A DNA stretch of 64,000 nt from assembly GCF_006345805.1 (NCBI RefSeq), contig NC_043007.1, positions 71,300,001 through 71,364,000 of the forward strand, read 5' to 3'. The stretch is from Octopus sinensis. Lineage: Eukaryota. The number at the start of each line of letters is the position of its first letter. Positions within the stretch are counted from its first letter, which is position 1. The position numbers and the translations under genes are program-made. The notes beneath the pieces are model-generated. The model ran no database searches. It was not told the origin of the DNA and saw nothing but the letters and a program-made list of their open reading frames with translations. Below, one piece after another: positions 54,101 through 61,419 of this stretch.

Positions 54101-57100
54101 GTATAGGCATGTGAGTTACTGATAAGAGTGGCTGTATGAGAAAGTCCTGATTACTTAATGTGGATGGAGGTTGCAAAGGAGGAGACCCAGGATGACTTGT
54201 GATGAGCAGTTCTCCCATTTGGATGAAACTAAGATTTTGGGAACACGGGTACAATTCATTTTTGCCAGCTGAGTGGATTGGAGCAATGTCAAATAAAGTG
54301 TGTTTCCCAAGAACATACCCTGCCTCCAGGAATCAAACTCACGACCTTGCAATCGTTATCTGAATATCTAACCACTAAACCACCTGCCTGCAGCTGTAAC
54401 ATTATATGACAACACTAACAACAGAGTAGGTTTACAACATGAACTGTCATATAATGTGTAGCACACATGGTGGAATATTGTAAATTGAATAAGGTGAGAG
54501 TTATCTCCCTTTAGAAAACGAAGCGAGGTAGACAGACTACTAATTATATTAATAGATTGATATGAATGCTGTAAAAAATTACGACTAATTCATCTTAATT
54601 GTTTTGTTCCTCGTAACGAGAACTTGGCCAAGTTGTGGAGAACAGATTGAATGAGATAATATATTTTGTTCTTTATTTTAATAATTACTATATGCTTTCC
54701 TTTCTTGACATTTGAATTGTTGTAATTATGCTTGAATGTCACATACACACTTTCAAACACACAAATTATTTCTATATAGAATGGTACAATTACTGTATAA
54801 CTGAGAAATATTTTGTAGACGCACAATACTGAGTTCAAATATTTCTATAATGTAAATCTTAACCCTTTAGCACTCAGATTATTCTGTTAAATGTAATACT
54901 TATTTATTCACATTGTTTTGAATTGATCATGCATTAACTTGTAGCTTTGAGATCTCAATAATGTGTTTCTTTATTTTTAGAAGGACATTGTAGGATAGGT
55001 GAGATAGGTCAGATCTGGTTATTTTGGCTGGCTATAGCTAGTTTAACTTTTTAGCATTTAGATTATTCTGTCAGATGCAACACTTATTTATCAACATTGT
55101 TTTGAATTTAGTCAACAGTATCTTGTTGCTTTGAGATTTTGATTGCGTGACTGTATATTTTTTAGACTAACATTGCAGGGTAGGTGTGAGAAGCTAGATC
55201 TGGCCACTTTGACCATAGAACAAGAAGAATATTTTGGCTGGATATGGCCAGTTTAATCCTTAAGCATTCACATTATTCTGCCAAATGTAATACTTTTTCA
55301 ATCAAATTTTTAATTAACCATGCATTATCTCATAGCTTCAAAAGTTCAATGATGTGATTGTGTGTCTTATAATGGCATTGAAGAGTAGGTGTAATAGGTT
55401 GAATCTTGCTGGTTAGAACATAATACAGGAAGCATATTTGGACTGGATATGGCTGGTTTAAATGCTAAAATGTTAAACACTAGAAGCTTAAAGAGACACA
55501 CTCAAATAGAGTTTATTGAAGACAGAAACTTCACAAATCGATTCTCTGAGTTTCTAGTTGCCACTCCTCAGGTGTTTATGAAGAATATTTAATAATAGAA
55601 GGCAAAGTTTATGATATCGGAAGAATATAATTTCCTTCCAAAGCTTTCTTGTTCCTTGTGTAGTTCAGGCTTCCGGCAGGCGAAGAGAAAAGACTTCAAG
55701 TACAACTGCTTTTTACAACTGGTTTATTTACAAGCAAGGTGAAGTGTCCTGCTCTCAGCTACCATCTTAAGCTCTGATAGTGTGGGCATTATTGCCTTTG
55801 GAGATAGACAGGCAGAAGACCTCTACCAGCGGTGTTGTTCAGCCAGTGCTGCTGTGTAGTGGCGCTGAAGAAGAGAAATTTGAAGAGGGTTTTCCCTTTA
55901 TATAGTTTTCCTCATTGCGAGCCTGGTTGTGATCTCGCGCATGGCAGATGGATGCAGGTGAGGTCTCGCTCCAGTCTCAGAGATAGCAATGGCTGCTGCG
56001 AGATCTCATCCAATATGGTGCTGGCTGCTTGTGCCACTACAAATATAACATGGAAATTGGTAAATAAAGAGCATGCAGTATAAATGTGTGAATATTATAT
56101 TTAATGTTGATTGGTTGGAATTGATTAACAAAAATCTATTGGCTGACAGCATAACTGTTGTTTTCAAAATATGAAGAGCAAGATGACATAGAAGAAAATA
56201 TTTCATGGTTTCTTTTTATATTTCTATGCACATAATACAGCTCATTCCAATCTGTTCTGTTAATCTCTCTTGGAAAAGTTATATTCATATTTTTTCCAAA
56301 GAGTAACTGATTGAATAGCAGCTCTGACATGTTAGATGTCTGTAGACATCATTACTTTGTAATTCAGTATCTTCTGGTTGATTAAATGAGAAATGTGGGG
56401 AAAATGGGGAGCTCAGCACTGGTCCATGAGGTTTCAGTTTCCAATAGTTGACAGCACTTTAGTTTCATTATTCATTTCTCTTTTCTAGTATGTACTTGTT
56501 TCAATTACAAATCTATATATATGTGTGTGTGTGTATGGATATGTACGCATATATGTGTGTGTGTACCGTTGTCTTCCCTTCTCTGGATCTTTCCTTTTCC
56601 TATGTTTCTGACAAAGAGCTCCGCTTGAAACGTAAAACCCTCCTTCTTCTCTTCCTTCCTGAGCGTCCAATAATACTATATTTGTTCCATGTCCTCGTGT
56701 TGTTGTGTTTTCTCTTTGTGTTTTCATGTTTGGATTAACTATATACATATATATATATGTAGGTATGTCTGTGTGTGTATATATATATATCTACATGTGT
56801 GTGTAGAGAGAGGGGGAGATATACATTAATTTACAAATATGTAATACAAAACCCTATTTTTCTACAGAACCTAATAGCAACGTAAATCGTCGCAACTGGC
56901 AAATCTTGTCGATATTGACGAGTACGCTGTGTCCTAACAACATCGTGATTCAGAAATATCTACAGGTACATTTGCGTAAATGTTGCATGGATACATCCAC
57001 GGATGAGGGCAAGTTTGCTCGATTTGCATACAAAGTAAGTATCCTCTCTTTATTCAAGCCCAGCTCACTGCTCCATCACTCACAGCCACTGCTCCCACCA

Positions 57101-59367
57101 TGACCAACACCACCATTTCATTTCTTGTACTCGTGCCATTGTACTGTCAACCATCACATTCTCTCTTTAGTTACCACCTCTGTTGTCACCCAACACATCT
57201 TCTTACCTTTATGTCACTATCTGCCCTAACATGTCTCTCAGTCTTTCTTTTTCTCGCAGTATCTCCTACACCCACCAACTATTTCCTCTACCTCCCCTTC
57301 ACACCATCCTCTCTCCACTATCTTCCCTATCTCTCTTATACATGCGTACATATACCATATGTTTCCATGTATAAGATGACCTTTAGATAAGACAAGGTCA
57401 AAATTTGTAAAAAATTTCATGAATTTATCTCATATCTGTAGTATAAGACAACTGCTAAGTTACGAAACCATTTGTGTACAGGCTAGCTTTTGCAGCAACA
57501 GGTATCTTTAGAAATATTGGTCATGTTAATGTGATGTTTTAAAAATGTTTTTTTTTTTTTACTTACTATATCCTTAGAAGTTAAAATAAATAAAATAACA
57601 AATCCATTTCTATACCATGTTTTTCCATACACATGTCGCCTAAAAGGGAACCGCTGTTTTGTTTACATTTCATCAACTGATCAACACTATTTAATGACTA
57701 AAAAACCAATCAGAATTTCCTTCACATGCTTATCTCCCTTGAACTGTAAACCATTGACTGTAACCAAACCTTTCTGTTGTACTTTTCCAGTCTCTTACAA
57801 GGACTCTTGAGAAGAAGGTTCGGAAATTGCCACCCTCCTGCAAAGAAATCTACTGCATTGCACAAAGGTTAGTGAGCTGTCTTCATTAATTGATTCTTAA
57901 TTTCTGATACAATGTCAAGATGGTCACAGTAGGTGCTGTTATCATGGCACCAGCACAAGTGAAGATCACTGCATAACTTGCAAGGCTAGGGATATACATA
58001 TGATCTTTACAACCGAGAGAAGTTGGAATGGCTCTAGGTAGGGTCATAGAGGAGAGTAAGTAAAATGAAAGGAACAGATATAGTTTTGTGGTGGTGGTGG
58101 TGGTGGTGGTGGGGGAATGAGTAAAAAGAAATAGGGTAACTAATGGAGGTGTGGTAGGAACAGGGAAAATGGAAGGGGAGAGTGTCAGTAATTATAGAGA
58201 AAAGTAGGGGTCAGGTGGAGGTGAAAGGGTGAATTGTGTAGGTTGTGAGCTAAGGCTATCCTACATTACACAGGCAAGTCTTTGTGGAGGTTTTTGAGGA
58301 ATCTTGCAATAGTCATTAAAGGAAAGAAAGGTGGCGAACTGTCTTATCTGGCAATGTTTCTACAGCTGGATGCCCTTCCTAACGCCAACCACTCTGTGAG
58401 TGTAGTGGATGCTTTTTACGTGCCACCTGCACAGGTGCCAGGCGAGGCTGGCAACGGCCACAGTCGGATTGGTGTATTTTACGAGCCACCGGCACGGAAG
58501 CCAGTCAAGGCGGCGCTGGCATTGGCCACGAGTCGGATAGTGCTTTTTACGTACCACCAGACCAGGGATCCTGGCTGGTTCAATTCGATTTCGATTTCGC
58601 TTTCGCTTGCCCCAACATGTCTTCGCAAGCAAAGGGGGTTGGCATGGGTGCCTGTTGTCGGACGAGGTTCTATATCGACTTCGCTTGCCTCAACAGGTCT
58701 TAGTGTCCAAGGGAGGAAAGGCATTCATAAGTGGGCTGGGCTGACTTGTCCTGTCTGGTCTTCTCACGTACAGCATATTTCCAAAGGTCTCGGTCGCTGG
58801 TCATTTCCTCAGTGAGGCCTAAAGTTCGAAGGTCGTGCTTCACCACCTCGTCCCAGGTTTTCCTGGGTCTACCTCTTCCACGGGTTCCCTCAACTGCTAG
58901 GGATTGGCACTTTCTCACACACCTATCTTCATCCATTCTTGCCACATATATATATATATGTGTGCTTTGTGGTTAGATCATAGGTGATCTATTTCTAGCA
59001 TATTAGATGTCCACTTAGTGGTCATCCCTTCTTATATGCATGTAATACAATTTTTCTGAATTTTCAGATTTTTCTATATGTTAGGCCACTGGTTTTAAAT
59101 TGATGTTAATTAAATTAATATTCAATTTATCACTCTCATTATTTAAATTTTATGTGTGTGTATGCATGTTTAAATTTTGTAAAATCTAGCAGTTTTTTTA
59201 TATCTGACTTCACTCAATAAAGTGTCCACTTACAGCTGTTGATGAATAATACTCAAATATATAGTAATTATTAAGAGTAATCATGCATAATGCCATATGA
59301 ATATGAACATGGCAGCTTAATGCCAATGTGGGGTGCAGAAATGTATGTCACGACTTCCATCCTCAAG

Positions 59368-59414
<47 letters not shown>

Positions 59415-59608
59415 GGTGATGAGCAGGCAGAACCATTAGCACACCAAGAAAAATGCTCAGCGGCATTTCATTCCTCTTGACGTTGAGTTCAAATTCTGCC
59501 GAGGTCGACTTTACCTTTCATCCTTCTGGGCTCGATAAATTAAGTACCAGATGTATTCGACTAGTGCCCTCCCCACAAATTTCAGGCCTTGTGCCTTTAG
59601 TAGAAAGG

Positions 59609-59669
<61 letters not shown>

Positions 59670-60257
59670 CATTGAGGCAGATTTTCTATGGCTGGATGCC
59701 CTTCCTGTCATCAACTCTCACCTGTTCCTAGCAAGGAAATATTTCTTTATAGCTAGACATGGGCTAGACATGATTTCCAAAGAAACTGGAAATGAACGAC
59801 ACTTGCTTACTGTAATCATGCAATGTCAACATAATGGCACACACACACACACACACACATAGAAAGAGAGTTTCATATGTGTGTGTGTGTGTATACAAAG
59901 AGAAAGAAAAATAGAGAGAGAGAGCGAGGGGAATTCCATCTGCAAAATTCAGTCACATGGTATTGGTCGGCTTCGGGCTATAGTACAAAGCACTTGTTCA
60001 AGGTGCCTTGAAATGCAACTGAACCTGTAACCACATGGTTGTGAAGCAAGCTCCCTAACCACACACCTGTGTCTATACCTAAAAGACAGAAAATTAAAAT
60101 CAACTTAATATATTTAAAATGCCTTTGTATTTACAAAAAAAAATAATATTTCTTTCTTTCCTTTTCTAATTTCAGGAAACCAATTACTGAACGTATCTAC
60201 TTCCTTAATGGAGAACAGAGAATGGTAGAATTTGATTCAGCCGCCACCTGTGGAGAA
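259..60257 (+). CDS. Partial multi-exon gene (15 exons in window): tandem MyTH4-FERM tail of an unconventional myosin, class XXII/VII-like; 5' and 3' ends outside window
   Basis: join(259..372,25315..25542,25950..26081,34148..34306,41578..41648,42222..42411,44444..44541,45836..45926,48369..48773,49954..50090,51143..51339,53293..53412,56868..57034,57791..57867,60176..60257) = 2268 nt. Every intron is GT-AG with a pyrimidine tract, phases match, and the frame is open for 756 aa. MyTH4 motifs: [13 protein letters not shown] and RKFPPS; [14 protein letters not shown] and RKLPPS. FERM motifs: [34 protein letters not shown]. Confidence 0.93.
534..1075. mobile_element. Unclassified ~540-bp interspersed element embedded in (ATT)n/(ATC)n microsatellite
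   Basis: Higher-complexity block with sharp borders, flanked on both sides by ATT runs. It resembles a repeat I recall from octopus genomes (recollection only). There is only one copy in the window. Confidence 0.55.
1188..1412 (+). mobile_element. tRNA-headed SINE family A
   Basis: A-box-like gagctggcagga and B-box gagttcaagttcc, central gcctttcatcc...agtaccag block, (ATT)n tail. Other copies lie at about 11192-11402 (+), 12083-12296 (-), 18281, 28701, 35985 (-), 36159, 53840 and 59413. Confidence 0.85.
2385..2640 (+). mobile_element. Short element carrying the RTE-type 3' tail (ttggc(a/g)ttaggaagggcatcc...catggaaa...(GAT)n)
   Basis: Same module recurs at about 5935-6215 (-), 8870-8985 (-), 9470-9635 (-), 29180-29540 (-), 29585-29840 (-), 41870-42050 (+), 62490-62650 (+) and 62987-63300 (-). 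Confidence 0.8.
2815..3005 (+). mobile_element. Old interspersed repeat (family D, SINE-like)
   Basis: ttgctcaacc..agaaa..gca.cc.aa.t.cc core also seen at about 9265-9420 (+), 21870-21930 (-) and 58975-59035 (-). Confidence 0.45.
5130..5385 (-). mobile_element. tRNA-headed SINE family C with CORE-like central domain
   Basis: Minus strand reads tggctcagtggtaagagt...gagttcaatttcc...cttgagcaagacactttatttcacattgctccagtccactcagctgtagaaatgag. Copies lie at 22960-23285 (+), 27765-28010 (-), 43450-44185 (-, interrupted) and 54240-54390 (-). The CORE assignment is from recalled similarity. Confidence 0.75.
5500..5925 (+). mobile_element. Heavily decayed mariner transposase fragment (catalytic region)
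   Basis: Manual translation gives [25 protein letters not shown]...SLDLTP...[13 protein letters not shown]. This resembles the HHDNAPAH...YSPDLAP.DFFLFPKLK..LKGRRF region of mariner transposases, with stops and frameshifts. Confidence 0.6.
8490..8840 (-). mobile_element. tRNA-headed SINE family B
   Basis: Reverse complement of the 36438-36820 element. Other copies lie at 30340-30803, 52305-52635, 59935-60070, 60495-60858, 62770-62985 and 63310-63450 (all -). Confidence 0.85.
16430..18110 (-). mobile_element. Decayed non-LTR retrotransposon, R4/Dong-like clade (RT plus C-terminal restriction-like endonuclease), copy 1
   Basis: Minus-strand pieces in the expected order: [11 protein letters not shown] (RT motif), [35 protein letters not shown] (CCHC knuckle remnant) and [17 protein letters not shown] (typical C-terminus). 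Confidence 0.8.
18281..18493 (+). mobile_element. Full-length SINE family A flanked on both sides by (ATT)n
   Basis: aaggtggtgagctggcag...gagttgaaattctg...gcctttcatc...gtagaaggg, with ATT runs at about 18190-18280 and 18494-18540. Confidence 0.88.
18655..20290 (-). mobile_element. Decayed non-LTR retrotransposon, R4/Dong-like clade, copy 2
   Basis: ORF-track fragments: [22 protein letters not shown]; [39 protein letters not shown]; [27 protein letters not shown]. Manual reading adds [19 protein letters not shown]. The order is collinear with an RT-RLE ORF. Confidence 0.88.
25315..25542 (+). CDS. Exon 2, MyTH4-1 core ([10 protein letters not shown]...[18 protein letters not shown]...KTLHK)
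   Basis: ttttaacag acceptor, AAG|gtaata donor, 228 nt, phase 0/0. Confidence 0.96.
25950..26081 (+). CDS. Exon 3, end of MyTH4-1 ([44 protein letters not shown])
   Basis: tttttgtag acceptor, TTA|gtaagt donor, 132 nt; RKFPPS motif. Confidence 0.95.
27009..27230 (+). mobile_element. piggyBac-like MITE family 1 (degenerate copy)
   Basis: TTAA at 27005-27008 and 27231-27234; ends in gtaatgaaaggg; internally similar to 32071-32278. Confidence 0.7.
27370..27600 (-). mobile_element. Possible Tc1-like transposase N-terminal remnant
   Basis: Minus frame reads [40 protein letters not shown], resembling the Tc1-family second HTH/linker region. The similarity is weak. Confidence 0.3.
28351..28632. repeat. 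Recent tandem duplication (period about 173 bp) bounded by (ATT)n/(GTT)n
   Basis: Cores 28351-28459 and 28524-28632 are near-identical; I see a single 1-nt indel. Confidence 0.92.
29585..29840 (-). mobile_element. RTE 3'-UTR/tail fragment with (GAT)n end, young copy
   Basis: Nearly identical to 58341-58500 and continues to the ccatgctagcatggagaacggacgttaaacgatgatgatg tail; CpGs are retained. Confidence 0.88.
30200..30330 (-). mobile_element. RTE LINE ORF C-terminal fragment
   Basis: Minus strand reads approximately WYGHVMCMG...GRGKPKNTW, the RTE C-terminal motif. Confidence 0.6.
31146..31221. repeat. (AGAT)n microsatellite (representative of dozens of CA, TA, GT, ATT, ATC, TACA and GA arrays in the window)
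   Basis: Directly visible. Other long arrays include (AAT)n 4537-4580, (CA)/(TA) 8282-8430, (TACA)n 13110-13165, (ATC)n 15540-15590, (GT)n 22460-22510 and (TA)n 39050-39142. Confidence 0.97.
31317..31499. repeat. Long inverted repeat (90/89-nt arms, 4-nt loop CTGA)
   Basis: Arms 31317-31406 and 31411-31499 align as reverse complements with 6 substitutions and 2 small indels. Confidence 0.95.
32071..32278 (+). mobile_element. piggyBac-like MITE family 1 (208 bp)
   Basis: TTAA TSD at 32067-32070 and 32279-32282; TIRs CCCTTTCGTTAC / GTAATGAAAGGG. Confidence 0.88.
32290..32960 (-). mobile_element. Decayed RTE-clade LINE, RT C-terminal region
   Basis: Minus-strand pieces: [60 protein letters not shown]. 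These are collinear with the RTE region after the RT active site. Confidence 0.7.
34148..34306 (+). CDS. Exon 4, FERM-1 F1 lobe ([20 protein letters not shown]...[14 protein letters not shown])
   Basis: ttttcag acceptor, GAG|gtgagt donor, 159 nt, phase 0/0. Confidence 0.96.
35985..36362. mobile_element. Head-to-head pair of family A SINEs (35985-36124 minus; 36159-36362 plus)
   Basis: Two heads diverge across a 34-nt spacer (36125-36158). Confidence 0.85.
36438..36820 (+). mobile_element. Full-length SINE family B
   Basis: ggcgcaggagtggctgtgtggtaag (A box), caggttcagtc (B box), internal (TA)/(TG) microsatellite, agtaaaagag tail. Confidence 0.9.
38812..38960 (-). mobile_element. Short repeat resembling a Penelope-like terminal repeat with hammerhead-like motif, copy 1
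   Basis: About 130 bp shared with 45272-45410; minus strand contains CTTT-CTGTGGA-A-GAGC-ATAG-GCTC-GAAA-TGTT-AAAG. Confidence 0.55.
41286..41494. mobile_element. 209-bp MITE with GG-initiated 34-bp TIRs and 8-bp TSD (Merlin-like)
   Basis: TIR GGCGATC(T/A)TTCGGTACAAGTACCATAACTGCCAA, 1 mismatch; perfect TSD GTCTTCAG at 41278-41285 and 41495-41502. Confidence 0.9.
41578..41648 (+). CDS. Exon 5, FERM-1 F1 ([23 protein letters not shown])
   Basis: ctctcag acceptor, CA|gtgagt donor, 71 nt, phase 0/2. Confidence 0.93.
42222..42411 (+). CDS. Exon 6, FERM-1 F1/F2 (QKHLTNTP...[10 protein letters not shown]...[15 protein letters not shown])
   Basis: tatttccag acceptor, GAA|gtaagt donor, 190 nt, phase 2/0. 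Confidence 0.95.
43679..44087. mobile_element. 409-bp MITE with GG-initiated ~29-bp TIRs and 8-bp TSD (Merlin-like), inserted into a family C SINE
   Basis: TIR GGATCTTTT(C)GGTTTGAACGGCAGTTTTT; TSD GAATCTTG / GAGTCTTG (7/8); the flanks rejoin into the SINE sequence aaataaagtgtcttgctc. Confidence 0.88.
44444..44541 (+). CDS. Exon 7, FERM-1 F2 ([32 protein letters not shown])
   Basis: tcttttcag acceptor, CG|gtaaac donor, 98 nt, phase 0/2. Confidence 0.95.
45272..45410 (-). mobile_element. Short repeat resembling a Penelope-like terminal repeat with hammerhead-like motif, copy 2
   Basis: Minus strand at 45364-45399 reads CTTT-CTGTAGA-A-GAGC-ATAG-GCTC-GAAA-CGTT-AAAG. Confidence 0.6.
45590..45715. 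repeat. Loopless 126-bp palindrome centred on ACACTCGAGTGT
   Basis: 63-nt arms match at 54/63 positions; a partial third copy of the inner arm lies at 45716-45737. Confidence 0.95.
45836..45926 (+). CDS. Exon 8, FERM-1 F2 ([30 protein letters not shown])
   Basis: tacttttag acceptor, GAA|gtaagc donor, 91 nt, phase 2/0. Confidence 0.93.
46671..47910 (-). mobile_element. Full-length decayed mariner transposon (1240 bp), mellifera-subfamily-like
   Basis: TA TSD at 46669-70 and 47911-12. TIRs TTGAGCTGGCAACTAAGTTCCTGTAGTTTTT / TTGGGTTGGCAACTAAGTTCCTGTCATTTTT (27/31). The transposase from 47783 has WVPHAL and GDEKW, then HNNACPH (second Asp lost), YSPGLA*MDFHL and stops/frameshifts. Confidence 0.95.
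47256..47783 (-). pseudogene. Mariner transposase N-terminal ORF remnant (175 aa)
   Basis: HTH region, WVPHAL and GDEKW present; the downstream catalytic part is disrupted. Confidence 0.9.
48369..48773 (+). CDS. Exon 9, FERM-1 F2/F3 PTB-like lobe ([16 protein letters not shown]...FPLYGCTLF...PEYDNWKK)
   Basis: ttttctag acceptor, AAG|gtacgc donor, 405 nt, phase 0/0. Confidence 0.96.
49575..49828. mobile_element. 254-bp hAT (Charlie-type) MITE
   Basis: Perfect 8-bp TSD GTTTAAAT at 49567-74 and 49829-36; TIRs CAAAGGTTTTCAAC / CAGTGGTTCTCAAC (11/14). Confidence 0.88.
49954..50090 (+). CDS. Exon 10, inter-module linker ([45 protein letters not shown])
   Basis: ctctaatag acceptor, AA|gtaagt donor, 137 nt, phase 0/2. 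Confidence 0.92.
51143..51339 (+). CDS. Exon 11, linker and start of MyTH4-2 (LTKTKMEY...[11 protein letters not shown]...[10 protein letters not shown])
   Basis: ctccctgtag acceptor, A|gtaaga donor, 197 nt, phase 2/1. Confidence 0.92.
51559..51954. repeat. Imperfect ~112-bp direct repeat, copies about 280 bp apart
   Basis: 51559-51670 versus 51841-51954: gtgata.ctatgtctc..ggcttcttt..t.aag.aactaatgct.ggaatct.aag.aaata.tcca.gtgct.c.tgttc...tagggt..atgaaagt. Confidence 0.85.
52771..53067 (-). mobile_element. tRNA-headed SINE, a further family
   Basis: Minus strand starts tggaggcacaatggcccagtggttagggcagcgg...gattcccagaccggg and contains ctgcgatggactggtgtcccgtccag, a block I recall from conserved SINE central domains. 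Confidence 0.75.
53293..53412 (+). CDS. Exon 12, MyTH4-2 ([39 protein letters not shown])
   Basis: ctatttcag acceptor, CAG|gtaagg donor, 120 nt, phase 1/1. Confidence 0.95.
53925..54210 (+). mobile_element. RTE LINE C-terminal fragment joined directly to a family A SINE head (53840-53920)
   Basis: Reads approximately [23 protein letters not shown]...[23 protein letters not shown]...[13 protein letters not shown] across frameshifts. Confidence 0.72.
54863..55472 (+). mobile_element. Three head-to-tail copies of piggyBac-like MITE family 2
   Basis: TTAA at 54859-62, 55043-46, 55253-56 and 55473-76. Units start with (c)cctttagca-like sequence and share cagattattctg...cacattgttttgaatt...gtagctttgagat...gacattgtagggtaggtg. 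A solo copy lies at about 63585-63770. Confidence 0.88.
55659..56041 (-). mobile_element. Probable solo LTR (383 bp)
   Basis: TGTAGT...ACTACA termini, GC/CpG-richer than the flanks, minus-strand TATATAAA at 55897-55904 and AATAAA at 55723-55728. No TSD, PBS or PPT found. Confidence 0.5.
56868..57034 (+). CDS. Exon 13, MyTH4-2 ([16 protein letters not shown]...[10 protein letters not shown])
   Basis: tttctacag acceptor, AAA|gtaagt donor, 167 nt, phase 1/0. Confidence 0.95.
57791..57867 (+). CDS. Exon 14, end of MyTH4-2 ([25 protein letters not shown])
   Basis: acttttccag acceptor, AG|gttagt donor, 77 nt, phase 0/2. Confidence 0.94.
58341..58947 (-). mobile_element. Young RTE-clade LINE 3' fragment (ORF end plus 3' UTR)
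   Basis: [55 protein letters not shown], followed by a CpG-rich UTR that runs into the ttggcgttaggaagggcatccagctgtagaaac module. Confidence 0.92.
59413..59608 (+). mobile_element. Full-length family A SINE flanked by (ATT)n on both sides
   Basis: aaggtgatgagcaggcag...gagttcaaattctgccgaggtcgac...gtagaaagg; ATT runs at 59373-59412 and 59609-59665. Confidence 0.88.
60176..60257 (+). CDS. Exon 15, start of FERM-2 F1 ([27 protein letters not shown])
   Basis: taatttcag acceptor, GAA|gtgagt donor, 82 nt, phase 2/0. Confidence 0.94.
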
Positions 60258-61198
60258 GTGAGTATTTGTTGGAGTTGGGATAAATGATACTATTTCAGCT
60301 GTTTTGGCATATCAGATTGTCATTTGCTAAGTCATAGAAACAAACAAAGGAAAATGAAAAATGATAATGGCTTAATTCTCTTCTCTCACCTAAATATAGT
60401 TTTATATTTTCTGTTGTCATGTAGTTCTTGTTTCAACTGGCTTGAGGGTGTGAATCAACTGAGTTACTTGATTACTCTTTTACTCATTAACTTGTTTCCC
60501 TCATTTGACTGTGGCCATGCTGGAGCACCGCCTTTAGTCAAGCAAATCGACCCCAGGACTTATTCTTTGGAAGCCTAGTACTTATTCTATCGGTCTCTTT
60601 TGCTGAACTACTAAGTTACGTGGACGTAAACACACCATCATCGGTTGTCAAATGATGTTGGTGGGGTATAAACACAGACACACAAACATATACACACAAA
60701 TACATATATATATACATATATACGATGGGCTTCTTTCAGTTTCTGTCTACCAAATCCACTCACAAGGCTTTGGTTGGCCCGAGGCTGTCACACAGTGGGA
60801 CTGAACCCAGAACCATGCGGTTGGTAAGCAAGCTACTTACCACACAGCCACTCCTGTGCCTAATTATTTTCTTTTCTGTTTTCTTTTTTGTAATCAAAAC
60901 CATCTTGTTTTTCTTGTTAACTCCAAGATTTAGGATATAAATACAACAATCCCTGCTTTAAAAACATAAGGAGTTAGTATTTACTGTGAGAGGGAGTTGA
61001 CTTGCTTAACACCACATTGCCAATACCTTTCAGGTATTTGAGATCTGAAAGACAGGAAACAAAATTTATAAATATTGTTGGATTTTAGGAGGTCATTACA
61101 CCAATGATAATAGACACACACACACTGGTTCAATGTCACTTCTTTTATTGTCAGTCAATTGGTTAAATATCTAACCAACTAATTGATTGTTTGTTTAA

Positions 61199-61419
61199 CC
61201 CATTTTTTACCATATTTCTGTTGAGATGCCCATCTTTCTTTCAATTAGTTTTAGATATAACAAAGAATTTAGTAAAATAACTTAATTATCCTTAAGCTAG
61301 TGTTAGGAACATAAATTGCGACTAAGGTTTGGTGGAAGATTCTAATTCAAAACTTTTGAAAACTAGATGTTTATACTACAGAGCCAGAGGCAGTCTCAAC
61401 TGGGTTGGTATCACTAGGG
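61199..61419 (-). mobile_element. piggyBac-like MITE family 1, reverse orientation
   Basis: TTAA at 61195-98 and 61420-23; reverse-complement similarity to 32071-32278. Confidence 0.8.

Noticed and set aside
58088-58115. (GGT)n and other G-rich tracts as G-quadruplex elements
   Set aside because: These are simple microsatellites with mostly two-G runs and nothing distinguishing.
58341-58560. Spaced short repeats as a CRISPR-like array
   Set aside because: They are degenerate subrepeats of an RTE 3' UTR in a eukaryotic intron, with no constant repeat-spacer period and no cas genes.
58282-58815. 177-aa plus-strand ORF
   Set aside because: It is the antisense reading of the GC-rich RTE 3' UTR.
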